DNA from: an uncultured Chloroflexia bacterium
GTDB taxonomy: Bacteria > Chloroflexota > Limnocylindria > QHBO01
NCBI GenBank assembly: GCA_963725885.1
Contig: CAVSAH010000003.1
Location: 129,697-193,696, forward strand
DNA: 64,000 nucleotides
Direction of reading: 5' to 3'
Shown here: in pieces, positions 8,794 through 19,418 of the stretch
How the letters are laid out: the number at the start of each line of letters is the position of its first letter
Numbering within the stretch: position 1 is the first letter of the stretch
Notes under the pieces: model-generated
Seen by the model: the letters and a program-made list of their open reading frames with translations, nothing else
What the model was told of the DNA's origin: nothing
Database searches by the model: none
Program-made: the position numbers and the translations under genes

Positions 8794-9435
8794 ATGGAGA
8801 TCACCTGGTACGGCCGCGCGTGCTTCCGCCTCAAGGGCCGCGACGCGACCGTCATCACCGACCCGTGCCCGCCCGCGACCGGTTTCGTGGCGGGCAAGCA
8901 CGACGTCGAGGTGCTCACCATGAGCCACGATCACCCCGACCACGCCTACACGCGGTCGATCACGGCCGGCCTGACGCTCACCCGACCCGGTGAGTACGAG
9001 TTCAGCGACCTGCTCATCACCGCGATCCGGACGTACCACGACGGCAAGGCGGGGGCCGCGCGCGGCGAGAACATCGTCTTCAGCTTCGAGATCGACGGCG
9101 TCCACGTCTGCCATCTCGGGGACCTCGGCCACCTCCTCAGCGACGAGCAGGTCAGCGAGCTCGGGCCGGTCGACGTCCTGCTCGTCCCGGTCGGCGGCGA
9201 GACGACACTGACCCCGGCCGAGGCCGCGGAGGTCGTGGCGCAGATCGGTCCGAAGATCGTGATCCCGATGCACTACGGCGTCGACGGCGCATCGTCCGAC
9301 CTGGGCGGGCCGGACAAGTTCCTCCACGAGATGGCGGCCGAGCCCATTCGCCAGCCGAAGGCCCAGGTGACGCTCAGCTCGCTCCCCGACGAGACCCAGG
9401 TGGTCATGCTCGAGGCCCGCGGCCGAACCGGCTGA
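8794..9435 (+). CDS. MBL-fold metallo-hydrolase (UPF0173-like)
   Basis: 213 aa. Motifs: MEITWYGRACFRLKG, LTMSHDHPDH (HxHxDH), HLGDLGH. Confidence 0.75.
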   Translation: MEITWYGRACFRLKGRDATVITDPCPPATGFVAGKHDVEVLTMSHDHPDHAYTRSITAGLTLTRPGEYEFSDLLITAIRTYHDGKAGAARGENIVFSFEIDGVHVCHLGDLGHLLSDEQVSELGPVDVLLVPVGGETTLTPAEAAEVVAQIGPKIVIPMHYGVDGASSDLGGPDKFLHEMAAEPIRQPKAQVTLSSLPDETQVVMLEARGRTG

Positions 9436-9490
9436 GCTCCGCCGCGGCATGCCCTCCAGGCGCGGGTGCCGCCATTGGTACTGGTACCTC

Positions 9491-9510
9491 GGTGCCCGAA
9501 GGCACCGCTT
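9491..9510 (+). terminator. Weak intrinsic-terminator-like hairpin after the MBL-fold gene
   Basis: GGTGCC-CGAA-GGCACC followed by gcttcgtt. The stem is short and the U-tract is poor. Confidence 0.25.
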
Positions 9511-9743
9511 CGTTGACTCAGGTACTCCGCCTTACCGCACACGACCGCACTTCAGTCCCCCGATGCCATGAAAAGAGACTGGGCAGAAAGTACCGCGCGT
9601 TGTAGAGTCCCGCCATCTATCTCCGGGCGCGCCAGGGGGCTGCTCCAGCGCCGCTTACTCGATCATCGAGCCGGAATTCATCTTCGAGCAAGAAAGCGGG
9701 ATCGACAGTGAACTCAACGAACGCAGTGAGGGACGGCGCCCTG

Positions 9744-10508
9744 ATGCGTCGGATGCTGGCGCTGCTGGCAATCCTCTCCCTCGTGGCCGCCTCGGTGGCC
9801 CTCCTCGCCCCGGCCCTGGTGTCGGCCAGCGGCGACGGCTCGCCGGCCGAGTGCATCACCAACCACGACCCGGACTCGGCTGACCCGGGCCAGAGCGGCG
9901 ACCTGATCACCTTCACCGCGCCGTCGAACTACACGATCACCGGCGTGTGCATCAAGTCGGGCTCGAACATGTTCGACGGCAACAAGCACTCCGGTGTGCT
10001 CACCAACGGCTGGTACGAGAGCGAGTGCTACGAGGTCACCGGCGTCGGGACGAACTCGATCGCCGTCGCGCGGCACGGGGATGGCCCGAACTGCCAGGAA
10101 CTGAGCCACGTCGACATCATCAAGACGAAGAACCAGAGCCAGTCTCAGGTCCCAGAGCCAGAGCCAGGCGCAGAGCCAGTCGCAGGCACCAGAGCCAGTC
10201 TCAGGTGCAGAGCCAGAGCCAGGCGCAGAGCCAGTCGCAGGCGCAGAGCCAGTCTCAGGTGCAGAGCCAGAGCCAGTCGCAGGCCCAGAGCCAGACGCCA
10301 GGCGCAGAGCCAGTCTCAGGCGCAGAGCCAGTCTCAGACAACGTCCTCGGCCTCCGAGGACACCCTTGGCGGCAACCCGACTCCGGGCGGCACCGTGCCT
10401 GACACCGCCGTCGGCGCGACGACCCAGGTCCCGGCCACGCTGATGAGCGTGCTGTTCCTGGCGGCGCTCGGCACGCTGGCCTGGCTGCGGTTCTCCGAGA
10501 AGCGCTAG
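9744..10508 (+). CDS. Secreted protein with a small Cys-containing domain, an (S/A/V)Q low-complexity repeat and a C-terminal membrane anchor
   Basis: Signal peptide MRRMLALLAILSLVAASVALLAPALVSASG (the ORF also opens at GTG 9708). C-terminus: ATLMSVLFLAALGTLAWLRFSEKR. The repeat region is 10134-10337. Confidence 0.55.
   Translation: MRRMLALLAILSLVAASVALLAPALVSASGDGSPAECITNHDPDSADPGQSGDLITFTAPSNYTITGVCIKSGSNMFDGNKHSGVLTNGWYESECYEVTGVGTNSIAVARHGDGPNCQELSHVDIIKTKNQSQSQVPEPEPGAEPVAGTRASLRCRARARRRASRRRRASLRCRARASRRPRARRQAQSQSQAQSQSQTTSSASEDTLGGNPTPGGTVPDTAVGATTQVPATLMSVLFLAALGTLAWLRFSEKR
10134..10337 (+). repeat. Hexanucleotide CAG-NNN tandem repeat encoding (Q-S/A/V)n, interrupted by three single C insertions
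   Basis: 33 CAG-NNN units. Extra C bases at 10152, 10189 and 10298 each shift the frame by +1, and the three together restore the original frame. Confidence 0.8.
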
Positions 10509-10649
10509 GCCGATTCGCGTCCGGGCGGCGCCCGTCATCGGGAGCTGCCCGGGCCAACGCCCACCACTGGCGGTGGGCGATTGATCCAGCCCCCCTGGCA
10601 GTGGGCGGGGTAGAGGTTCGCCTCTACCCCGTCTTCTGATTTCGGCCGG

Positions 10650-11862
<1,213 letters not shown>

Positions 11863-11884
11863 GTCCCGAGTGTAGGCCCCGGCA

Positions 11885-12910
11885 TTACGGCTGGAGCACG
11901 ACCTTGCCGGCGTGGCGCGACGCGAGCAGGTCAAAGGCAGCCGGCCACTCGGTCAGCGGCAGCCGATGGGTGATGATCGGCGAGACGTCGAGGCCGCCCG
12001 ATCGCAGGAGGGCCTGGGTCCTCTCCCACGTGTCGTAGATGCGCCTGCCGTAGATCCCGTGGAGGCGGAGGCCCTTCATGATGACGAGGTCGGACAGCTC
12101 GACCGGCACGGGCCCGCTGAAGATCCCGAGCAGGCTGACCGATCCGCCCCGCGTCACGGCCGCGAGGGCCTGGTCGAGCGCCGGTCCGGCGCCGCTCATC
12201 TCGAGGACGACGTCCACGCCCTCCCCTCCCGTGGCCTCGACGATCGCCTCGACCGTGCCCGGATCGCTAGCATCGAGCGTCAGATGGGCGCCCATGCGGG
12301 TCGCGAGCTCGAGACGGAACGCCTCGGTGTCGGTGGCGATGACACGCGCCGCGCCAGCGGCCCGGGCGATCCCGACCGCGCACAGGCCGATCGGGCCGCA
12401 GCCGGTGACCAGGACCGATCTCCCCTCGATCGGCTCGACGAAGGCGGCGTGCACGGCGTTGCCCATCGGCTCCTGGAGCGCGACGACGGCCGGGTCGAGG
12501 CCGTTCGACTCGATGGCGTTCGTCTCCGGGATGACGACCTGCTCGGCGAACCCGCCATCGGTGTGCACGCCGATGACCCGCAGGTTGCGGCACAGGTGGG
12601 GCTGGCCGCTGCGGCACTGGGCGCAGGTCCAGTCCACGATGTGCGACTCGACGCCGACGAGGTCCCCCTCCCGCACGCGCCGCACGCCGCTGCCGGTGGC
12701 GACGACCGTTCCCGCGATCTCGTGACCGAGGATCCGCGGCGGCACCAGGTTCTCCGACGCCCACTCGTCCCACGTGAACAGGTGCAGGTCCGTGCCGCAG
12801 ATGCTCGCGGCCTCGACCCGCAGCAGGACCTCCCCCGGCCCAGGCGTCGGGGCCGGACGGTCGACCAGGTCCAGGCCCGGGCCGGCGGTCGTCTTGGCCA
12901 GCGCACGCAT
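11885..12910 (-). CDS. tdh: L-threonine 3-dehydrogenase (zinc-dependent ADH family)
   Basis: 341 aa. Motifs: ASICGTDLH, GHEIAGTVV, CAQCRSGQPHLC, VTGCGPIGL. It lies immediately upstream of kbl. Confidence 0.9.
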   Translation of the reverse strand: MRALAKTTAGPGLDLVDRPAPTPGPGEVLLRVEAASICGTDLHLFTWDEWASENLVPPRILGHEIAGTVVATGSGVRRVREGDLVGVESHIVDWTCAQCRSGQPHLCRNLRVIGVHTDGGFAEQVVIPETNAIESNGLDPAVVALQEPMGNAVHAAFVEPIEGRSVLVTGCGPIGLCAVGIARAAGAARVIATDTEAFRLELATRMGAHLTLDASDPGTVEAIVEATGGEGVDVVLEMSGAGPALDQALAAVTRGGSVSLLGIFSGPVPVELSDLVIMKGLRLHGIYGRRIYDTWERTQALLRSGGLDVSPIITHRLPLTEWPAAFDLLASRHAGKVVLQP

Positions 12911-12914
12911 CGGC

Positions 12915-13328
12915 TCAGGCCTCCGAGAAGTAGGCGCGCGCGGCGGGGCGGCGCAGGCCGATGAGGAGCCCGATCGTCAGGAGCAGCGAGATCGGGGCCA
13001 TGAGCAGGAACCATCCGTTCGCAGCCTGCTCCGGCATGTCGAACAGCACGGGAGGCAGTCCGGCGAGGATCGGAAGGGGAAGCAGCGCGATGCCCACCGC
13101 GAAGCGGTAGGCGATGGACTTGCGCTGCAGCGCCACCGTGATCCCGAAGAGCACGAGCGCGAGCTCGACCATCATGAAGATGCCGAGGATGCTGAACGGG
13201 GCGCGCTCGCTGAAGTCGATGAAGGCCACGATCCGCGGCAGCGCAAGGCCGGTGATGGCGAGCAGGGCAAATGCCCACACGAACCACGCGCGGACACCCA
13301 GGGGCGCGGGTGGCAGCGGCTCGTCCAT
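12915..13328 (-). CDS. Small integral membrane protein (4 predicted TM segments), unknown function
   Basis: 137 aa from ATG 13328 (MDEPLPPAPLGVRAWFVWAFALLAITG...). The rest of the 401-aa ORF upstream looks like out-of-frame Arg/Gly-rich read-through. Confidence 0.45.
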   Translation of the reverse strand: MDEPLPPAPLGVRAWFVWAFALLAITGLALPRIVAFIDFSERAPFSILGIFMMVELALVLFGITVALQRKSIAYRFAVGIALLPLPILAGLPPVLFDMPEQAANGWFLLMAPISLLLTIGLLIGLRRPAARAYFSEA

Positions 13329-13403
13329 CGGCACGATCCTACCAAGCCCCTTCACGCATCCGAGCCGGGCGTGCCGTACGATGCGCTCTCGCCCCGAGAT
13401 CCC

Positions 13404-14069
13404 ATGACAACCCCACCTCGACCGAGCCGAAGCGCGCCCCGTGCCCGGACCATCGTCGCCGCGACGATGCTGTCCGGGCTCGCCGTGGCTGGCTGCGTAT
13501 TCGCGCCGAGCCCGACGCCGACGCCCCGCGCCTCCGAGCCGACCGCCTCGCCCGAGCCAGCGACGCCGTCGCCGAGCCTGGTTGCAGGCCCGACCAGCAC
13601 GCCCGAGCCAGAGTTCGCTCTCGCGCTGCCCGAAGAGCGGGATCCGCGGCAGGTGAGCGTCACCATCGCGCCCGAAGTGGGCGAAGAGGGTGGCGAGCTG
13701 CTCGTCACCGTCACCAGCCTCGCCGCTGAGCGGATCGACGAGATCGTGCTGCGATGGGCCACGCCCCTTGACGAGGTGCTGTTTCTCGCCCCCTTCGAGC
13801 CGACGCCCGACCGGATCGAGGACGGTGGTCCGCCCCTCGTCCAGGACTGGACGAAGTGGGTGGTCGGGCCGGGTGAGCGCGGCGAGCCTGCCGGCACGAC
13901 GTCGCTGGGCTACGGGCCGCTCCTTGCGGAGGCTACCCTCGCCATCCCGATCGTCGTGACGCGGCACGACGAGGACCCCATCGCGTTCGACCTGCAGCTG
14001 CTCTCCGGCAATGCGCTCCTCCAGCTGGAGGACGGCGGCCCCGCGGTCGTCCGCGTGGAGATCCCCTGA
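13404..14069 (+). CDS. Putative lipoprotein, unknown function
   Basis: 221 aa from ATG 13404. Signal peptide with lipobox (LSGLAVAGC) followed by a Pro/Thr/Ser-rich linker. Confidence 0.55.
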   Translation: MTTPPRPSRSAPRARTIVAATMLSGLAVAGCVFAPSPTPTPRASEPTASPEPATPSPSLVAGPTSTPEPEFALALPEERDPRQVSVTIAPEVGEEGGELLVTVTSLAAERIDEIVLRWATPLDEVLFLAPFEPTPDRIEDGGPPLVQDWTKWVVGPGERGEPAGTTSLGYGPLLAEATLAIPIVVTRHDEDPIAFDLQLLSGNALLQLEDGGPAVVRVEIP

Positions 14070-14767
14070 TGCCCGCTCTCCTCCCCGCCTGGGCCGATGC
14101 CGATCCCGAGCTGCACGCACGCGTCGCCGAGGCCGTCGACCCCGACCGCAAGGTCCTGGCCGCGCTCGAGCGGATCACGCCGCTGAGCGGGAGGCGCATC
14201 GCGGACGTCGGGACCGGGATCGGGCACTACCCGATGCTGCTGGCACGTCGGACCGGGCGCACATACGGCGTCGAGTCGGACCCCGAGCTGCTCGCCGAGG
14301 CCCGCCGCCTGGCGGCGGAGTCGCACCAGCCGAACATCCGGATCGTGGAGGGCAGCTCGGTCGACCTCCCGCTGCGCGACGGTGCGGTGGACATCGTCCT
14401 CTCGTCGGACATCGTGCCCGACGACGCGTCCTTCCCGGCGATCGCCGAGGCCATGCGCGTCCTGCGTCGCGGGGGCCGCCTGATCGTCATCGGCTACTAC
14501 GGCCGCGACGACGTCGCCCCGCTCCTCGAGCCGGAGACGGTGGCGGGCGTGGTCGACGCGACCCAGCGTCGGACCGGATGGTGGCTGCGCAACGGGTTCA
14601 AGATCAAGGTCGTCCACAGCCGGGTCGACCTCAGCGACGCCGCGCTGGCCCACGAGCTCCTGCCGCGCCTCTTCGGCGACCGCGGGCGGGCCTACCTCAT
14701 GGGGCCCCACCGGGACTTCCTCCGCCTCAACCTGGGCCTCTACCACCGCGCCGCGCCGGAGACCTGA
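14069..14767 (+). CDS. Class I SAM-dependent methyltransferase
   Basis: 232 aa. Motif I IADVGTGIGHY, YGVESD, and post-II LRRGGRLIVIG. Its ATG overlaps the stop of the lipoprotein gene. Confidence 0.7.
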   Translation: MPALLPAWADADPELHARVAEAVDPDRKVLAALERITPLSGRRIADVGTGIGHYPMLLARRTGRTYGVESDPELLAEARRLAAESHQPNIRIVEGSSVDLPLRDGAVDIVLSSDIVPDDASFPAIAEAMRVLRRGGRLIVIGYYGRDDVAPLLEPETVAGVVDATQRRTGWWLRNGFKIKVVHSRVDLSDAALAHELLPRLFGDRGRAYLMGPHRDFLRLNLGLYHRAAPET

Positions 14768-14772
14768 TAACG

Positions 14773-14926
14773 GGAATCGGTGGAATCCGGGGGCGGATCA
14801 TGCGCGATCCGTGCGCGGAATCCTTGCGCGGCCCCCTTCGCGCCGGATATCATCCTTGCCGTCGAGGGCCAGGCTCTTCTCCCCCCGGAGCCTGGCCTTC
14901 GGCCTGCCCGCCGCCGGTGCGATAAT
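14773..14926 (+). promoter_or_regulatory. Cluster of GGAATCC / GGATC-type repeats plus an extended -10-like element upstream of the P5C-dehydrogenase-like gene
   Basis: GGAATC(C) at 14773, 14782 and 14817. CGGATC-N6-GATCCG at 14794-14811. GGAT-atc-ATCC at 14845-14855. tgcGATAAT at 14918-14926. Confidence 0.3.
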
Positions 14927-14978
14927 GGCCTGCGACCCCGTGAACTCCCCGCCCCACCGCTCGGAGGCGCCCTACCCG

Positions 14979-16545
14979 ATGGCCACCACCCCCCGCATGA
15001 AGATCACCTACGCCACGCTGTCCGCCGACAACGAGGATCTCCAGACGGCCTTCGACGAGGCCCTCGAGCGCGCCCGGGCCGACCTCGGGAAGGCCTATCC
15101 GATGATCATCGGCGCCGAGGAGCGCACCTCGGCCGAGCTCTTCGAGGATCGCTCGCCAATCGACCGTGACGTCGTCGTCGCGCGTTTCCCGGTTGGCACA
15201 CGCCAGGACGTTCGTGACGCGATCGCCGCTGCGCGGGACGCATATCCGGCCTGGCGAGACACGCCGTGGCGGGACAGGCTCGCGATCCTGCGACGGGCGG
15301 CTGAGCTCATCAGCGAGCGCCAGTTCGACTACGCCGCCCTCATGACCCTCGAGGTGGGCAAGAACCGGCTCGAGTCGCTCGGCGACGTGGAGGAGACCGC
15401 CGACCTCCTTCGCTACTACAGTGACGAGTTCGAGAAGGCCGACGGCTTCGTCAAGCCCCTGGGCTCGCTGTCGGAGGCCGAGAAGACGCGGTCGGTGCTG
15501 CGGCCCTACGGCGTCTTCGGCGTCATCAGCCCGTTCAACTTCCCGATGGCGCTCGCCGGCGGACCGGCCGGCGGCGCGATGATTGCCGGCAACACCGTCG
15601 TCCTGAAGCCATCGTCGGACGCGCCGCTGCTGGGCTGGAAGGTCGGCGAGGCCCTCCGCGATGCAGGCCTGCCGGCGGGAGTCTTCAACGTCGTCACGGG
15701 ACCCGGCGAGTCGGTCGGCGCGGAGCTCGAGGAGAACCCCGGGCTCGACGGCATGGTCTTCACCGGCAGCTACGAGGTCGGCATGAAGCTGTACCGCGGC
15801 TTCACGCGGGACTACCCGCGCCCGATCATCACCGAGATGGGCGGCAAGAATCCCGCGATCGTGACCGCCAGCGCGGACCTCGACGAGGCCGCCGAGGGCG
15901 TCATGCGCTCGGCCTTCGGATACGACGGCCAGAAGTGCTCGGCCAACTCGCGCGTCTACGTTCAGCGCGAGGTCGCCCGCGAGTTCGTCGACCGTCTCGT
16001 CGAGAAGGCCAGGACGATCACGACCGGCGACCCGACGCAGCGGGAGAACTGGATGGGGCCCGTCATCAACCAGCGCGCCATCGATACGTTCTCGCAAGGC
16101 GGTCGACGAGACCCGTGCCGACGGCGGGACCGTCGAGATCGGCGGCACGACCGACACCAGCCGCGGCTTCTTCCCGAGCCCGACGGTGGTCACCGGCCTG
16201 CCGCTCGCGCATCGGCTCTTCCACGACGAGCTGTTCGTCCCGTTCCTCGTGGTCGGCGAGGTCGACTCGCTGGACCAGGCGCTCGAGGAGGCCAACGCGA
16301 CCCCGTACGGGCTCACGGCCGGCATCTTCAGCGGCGACGAGGCTGAGATCCGCCAGTTCCTCGACACGATCCAGGCCGGGGTCGTCTACGTGAACCGCCG
16401 GGCCGGCGCCACGACCGGGGCGTGGCCGGGCATCCAGAGCTTCGGGGGCTGGAAGGGCTCGGGTTCGTCCGGCAAGGGCGGCCTCGGGCCGTACTACGTC
16501 CAGCAGTTCCTGCGGGAGCAGTCCCAGACCGTCGTCGGCGACTGA
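14979..16545 (+). pseudogene. L-glutamate gamma-semialdehyde (1-pyrroline-5-carboxylate) dehydrogenase-like aldehyde dehydrogenase, with one frameshift as sequenced
   Basis: ALDH motifs ISPFNFP, VVLKPSS, ITEMGGKNP, DGQKCSANSR. The reading continues ...NQRAIDTFS / AVDETRADGGTVEIGG... across a shift at about 16097. The span is 1567 nt (3n+1). Confidence 0.75.
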
Positions 16546-16548
16546 CCG

Positions 16549-16938
16549 ATGGACACGACCCTCGTCGAGCCGTCGGGCTGGTTCGCCGTCCAGCTGCGCT
16601 ACGCCTACCTCGCCGGGGTCGACGAGCGCGTCACGCTCGTCGAGGACAGGGTCGTCCTCGTCGACGGCGCGGACGAGGAGGCTGCGCTCGGGCGCGCCGT
16701 GGAGATGGCGCCGGAGTACGAGGACGAGTACGAGACCGACGAGGGCGTCGCGGGCGTGATCCGCTTCGAGGGCATCGTCGCGATCAAGGAGCTCGACGAT
16801 CCGCCGAGCGCCGGGACCGAGGTCTGGCACGAGTTCATGAGCCCCGATCCCGCTCGCACGCAGGTGGACGACGAGACCGAGCCGCTCCCGCCGGTCTACC
16901 CGGAGGCCATGGCCTTCCCCCGCGCGCACGACGACTGA
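16549..16938 (+). CDS. Hypothetical acidic protein (possibly DUF4288-like)
   Basis: 129-aa ORF packed between the ALDH gene and pyrD with 3-nt gaps. The assignment rests only on a vague resemblance. Confidence 0.4.
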   Translation: MDTTLVEPSGWFAVQLRYAYLAGVDERVTLVEDRVVLVDGADEEAALGRAVEMAPEYEDEYETDEGVAGVIRFEGIVAIKELDDPPSAGTEVWHEFMSPDPARTQVDDETEPLPPVYPEAMAFPRAHDD

Positions 16939-16941
16939 CCG

Positions 16942-17937
16942 ATGGGCTGGCGCGTGGCGGCCTACCGCGCCGCGCGTCCGCTCCTGTTCGCCATCGACCC
17001 CGAGTGGATCCACGAGCAGGCGCTCCGCCTGCTCGGCAGTGCTCCCGGTCGCGCCCTCGCGCCGTTCGCAGCTGGCTCGCCTCCGCCCGACGACCCCGTC
17101 GAGCTCATGGGCCTCCGGTTCCGCAACCGCATCGGGCTCGGTGCGGGCTTCGACAAGGACGGCCGGGCCATCCGCGGCTGGGCGGGACTCGGGCTGGGCT
17201 TCGTCGAGCTCGGGACGGTCACCCCGCGGCAGCAGCCCGGCAACCGACGACCGCGCCTGTTCCGCCTGGCCGATGACGAGGCGCTCGTCAACCGCATGGG
17301 CTTCAACAACGACGGGGCCGATGCGCTGGCGCGCCGCATCGTCGCCGAGCGACCCCGGCTACCGGCCGGCTTCATCGTGGGGGTCAACATCGGCCGCAAT
17401 CGCGACGGCGACACCGGCGACTATGCATCGGCCGCTCGGGCGGTCGCCGGGGTCGCGGACTACCTGGCCATCAACGTCAGCTCGCCTAACACGCCGGGCC
17501 TGCGCGACCTCCAGGAACCGAGCGCGCTGCGGGGCCTCCTCGACGCCGTATCCGAGGCCGCGCCGGGCTTGCCGATGCTGGTCAAGCTGTCGCCGGATCT
17601 CGATCCCGGCGGCCTCGAGGGCCTGCTCGACGCCCTGGTCGAGTCGCCCGCATCAGGCGTGATCGTGTCGAATACGACGACCCGTCGCGACGGTCTGAGG
17701 TCCGGGCACGCGACAGAGGAGGGCGGTCTGTCGGGTCGTCCCCTGCTCGCCGGAACGATCTCGGCCGTGACGGAGGCGGCGACGCGGGATCTCGTGGTCG
17801 TCGCGTCGGGCGGGGTCGGGTCGGGACCCGACGCGGCACGTCTCCGCGACGCGGGCGCAGCCCTCGTTCAGGTGTGGACGGGGATGATCTACGCGGGTCC
17901 GGGCCTCATCGGAGAGGTGATCGAAGCCGCCGGCTGA
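16942..17937 (+). CDS. pyrD: Dihydroorotate dehydrogenase (quinone), class 2
   Basis: 331 aa. Motifs: GLRFRNRIGLGAGFDKDG, GFVELGTVTP, NRMGFNNDG, NVSSPNTPGLR. Confidence 0.9.
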   Translation: MGWRVAAYRAARPLLFAIDPEWIHEQALRLLGSAPGRALAPFAAGSPPPDDPVELMGLRFRNRIGLGAGFDKDGRAIRGWAGLGLGFVELGTVTPRQQPGNRRPRLFRLADDEALVNRMGFNNDGADALARRIVAERPRLPAGFIVGVNIGRNRDGDTGDYASAARAVAGVADYLAINVSSPNTPGLRDLQEPSALRGLLDAVSEAAPGLPMLVKLSPDLDPGGLEGLLDALVESPASGVIVSNTTTRRDGLRSGHATEEGGLSGRPLLAGTISAVTEAATRDLVVVASGGVGSGPDAARLRDAGAALVQVWTGMIYAGPGLIGEVIEAAG

Positions 17938-18043
17938 CATCCGATCGGGTCATGGCACCCGATTCGGAGGCTGCTAGGATGCACCGGTCTAGCCAAGGTG
18001 CGCGGGCAGGACGCGCCGCTCCGAGTTCGGAGTGCTGTACGAC

Positions 18044-19414
18044 ATGACCACCATCGAAGCCGATCCCCCGGTTCAGGCTGCCTCCGAGGCGCCGGTGCCC
18101 TACCTGGTCACCGAGCTGCCCGGTCCGAGGGCGAGGGCGATCATCGAGCGCGATGACGCCGTGGCGAGCCCGTCGCTCACCCGGGCGTACCCTCTCGTGG
18201 CCGAGTCCGGGTCGGGCGTCACTGTCACAGACGTCGACGGGAACCGCTTCCTCGACTTCGCCGCCGGCATCGCCGTGTGCTCCACGGGCCACAGCCATCC
18301 GAAGGTCGTCGCCGCAATCAGCGAGCAGGCGCAGCGGCTGATCCACATCGCGGCGACCGACTTCTACGAGCCGCGCTACCTCGAGCTCATGGAGCGCCTG
18401 GCGGCCATCGCGCCCTTCGACGAGAAGGCGCGCGTCTTCCTGACCAACTCGGGAACCGAGGCGGTCGAGGGCGCGATCAAGCTGGCCCGCTATCACACGC
18501 ATCGGCCGGGCATCATCGCCTTCGAAGGCGGGTTCCACGGACGCACGCTCGGTTCGCTGAGCCTGACGAACTCGAAGATCAAGCAGCGAGCCGGCTTCGG
18601 CCCGCTCCTGCCGATGGTCCACCACGCGCCCTTCCCACGCGTCCGAGCCTGGCGCGAGGGATCCGGCGGCGACGGGTCGGGCGAGCTCGACTATCTGAAG
18701 CGCACGATCCTGGGCCGCCAGATCGCACCCGCCGACGTCGCGGCCATCGTCATCGAGCCGATCCAGGGCGAGGGCGGGTACTTCCCCGCGCCGGCGTCCT
18801 TCTTGCGCGGCCTTCGCGAGCTGTGCGACGAGTACGGCATCCTCCTCGTCGCGGACGAGATCCAGTCCGGCATGGGGCGCACCGGCCCGTGGTGGGCCAT
18901 CGAGCACGCCGGCGTTGAGCCCGACATCGTCACCGTTGCCAAGGGCATCGCCTCCGGCATGCCGATCGGCGCGTTCATCGCCCGCTCGTCGGTCTGGACC
19001 TGGCCTCCCGGTGCGCACGGCTCGACGTTCGCGGGGAACCCTGTGTGCGCCGCGGCGGCACTCGCCACGCTCGACGTCATCGAGGCCGAGGGCATGGGCA
19101 ATGCCATCGAGCGCGGGGCGCAGCTGCTTGCCGGCATCGAGCGCGTCGCCGCCGACGAGCCTGCGGTCCGTGACATTCGCGGGGTCGGGCTCATGATCGG
19201 CGTCGAGTTCGCCTCGCACGAGGCGGCCGAGGCCGTCCAGGAGGCCGCCTTCGCCCGCGGCCTCCTGACCCTGGAGTGCGGCGAGTCGTCGCTCCGCTTC
19301 AGCCCGCCGCTCATCGTGACCGCCGAACACGTCGAGACGGCGATCTCAATCTTCGCGGAGGCGCTGTCCGCCGCGCAGCGGCCGGTACCGGGGACGGCGG
19401 AGACCGGCGGCTGA
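18044..19414 (+). CDS. gabT: Class III aminotransferase, 4-aminobutyrate aminotransferase-like
   Basis: Motifs: DVDGNRFLDFAAGIAVCSTGH, NSGTEAVEGAIKLAR, VADEIQSGMGRTG, VTVAKGIASG (PLP Lys). GGAG lies 12 nt upstream of ATG 18044. The ORF also opens at GTG 18032. Confidence 0.75.
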   Translation: MTTIEADPPVQAASEAPVPYLVTELPGPRARAIIERDDAVASPSLTRAYPLVAESGSGVTVTDVDGNRFLDFAAGIAVCSTGHSHPKVVAAISEQAQRLIHIAATDFYEPRYLELMERLAAIAPFDEKARVFLTNSGTEAVEGAIKLARYHTHRPGIIAFEGGFHGRTLGSLSLTNSKIKQRAGFGPLLPMVHHAPFPRVRAWREGSGGDGSGELDYLKRTILGRQIAPADVAAIVIEPIQGEGGYFPAPASFLRGLRELCDEYGILLVADEIQSGMGRTGPWWAIEHAGVEPDIVTVAKGIASGMPIGAFIARSSVWTWPPGAHGSTFAGNPVCAAAALATLDVIEAEGMGNAIERGAQLLAGIERVAADEPAVRDIRGVGLMIGVEFASHEAAEAVQEAAFARGLLTLECGESSLRFSPPLIVTAEHVETAISIFAEALSAAQRPVPGTAETGG

Positions 19415-19418
19415 CCCC

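Noticed and set aside
9568-9711. A 47-aa ORF (MKRDWAESTARCRVPP...) in the long leader. Its stop overlaps GTG 9708.
   Set aside because: It is Arg-rich with no Shine-Dalgarno sequence and no recognisable motif. It is most likely a chance ORF in non-coding DNA.
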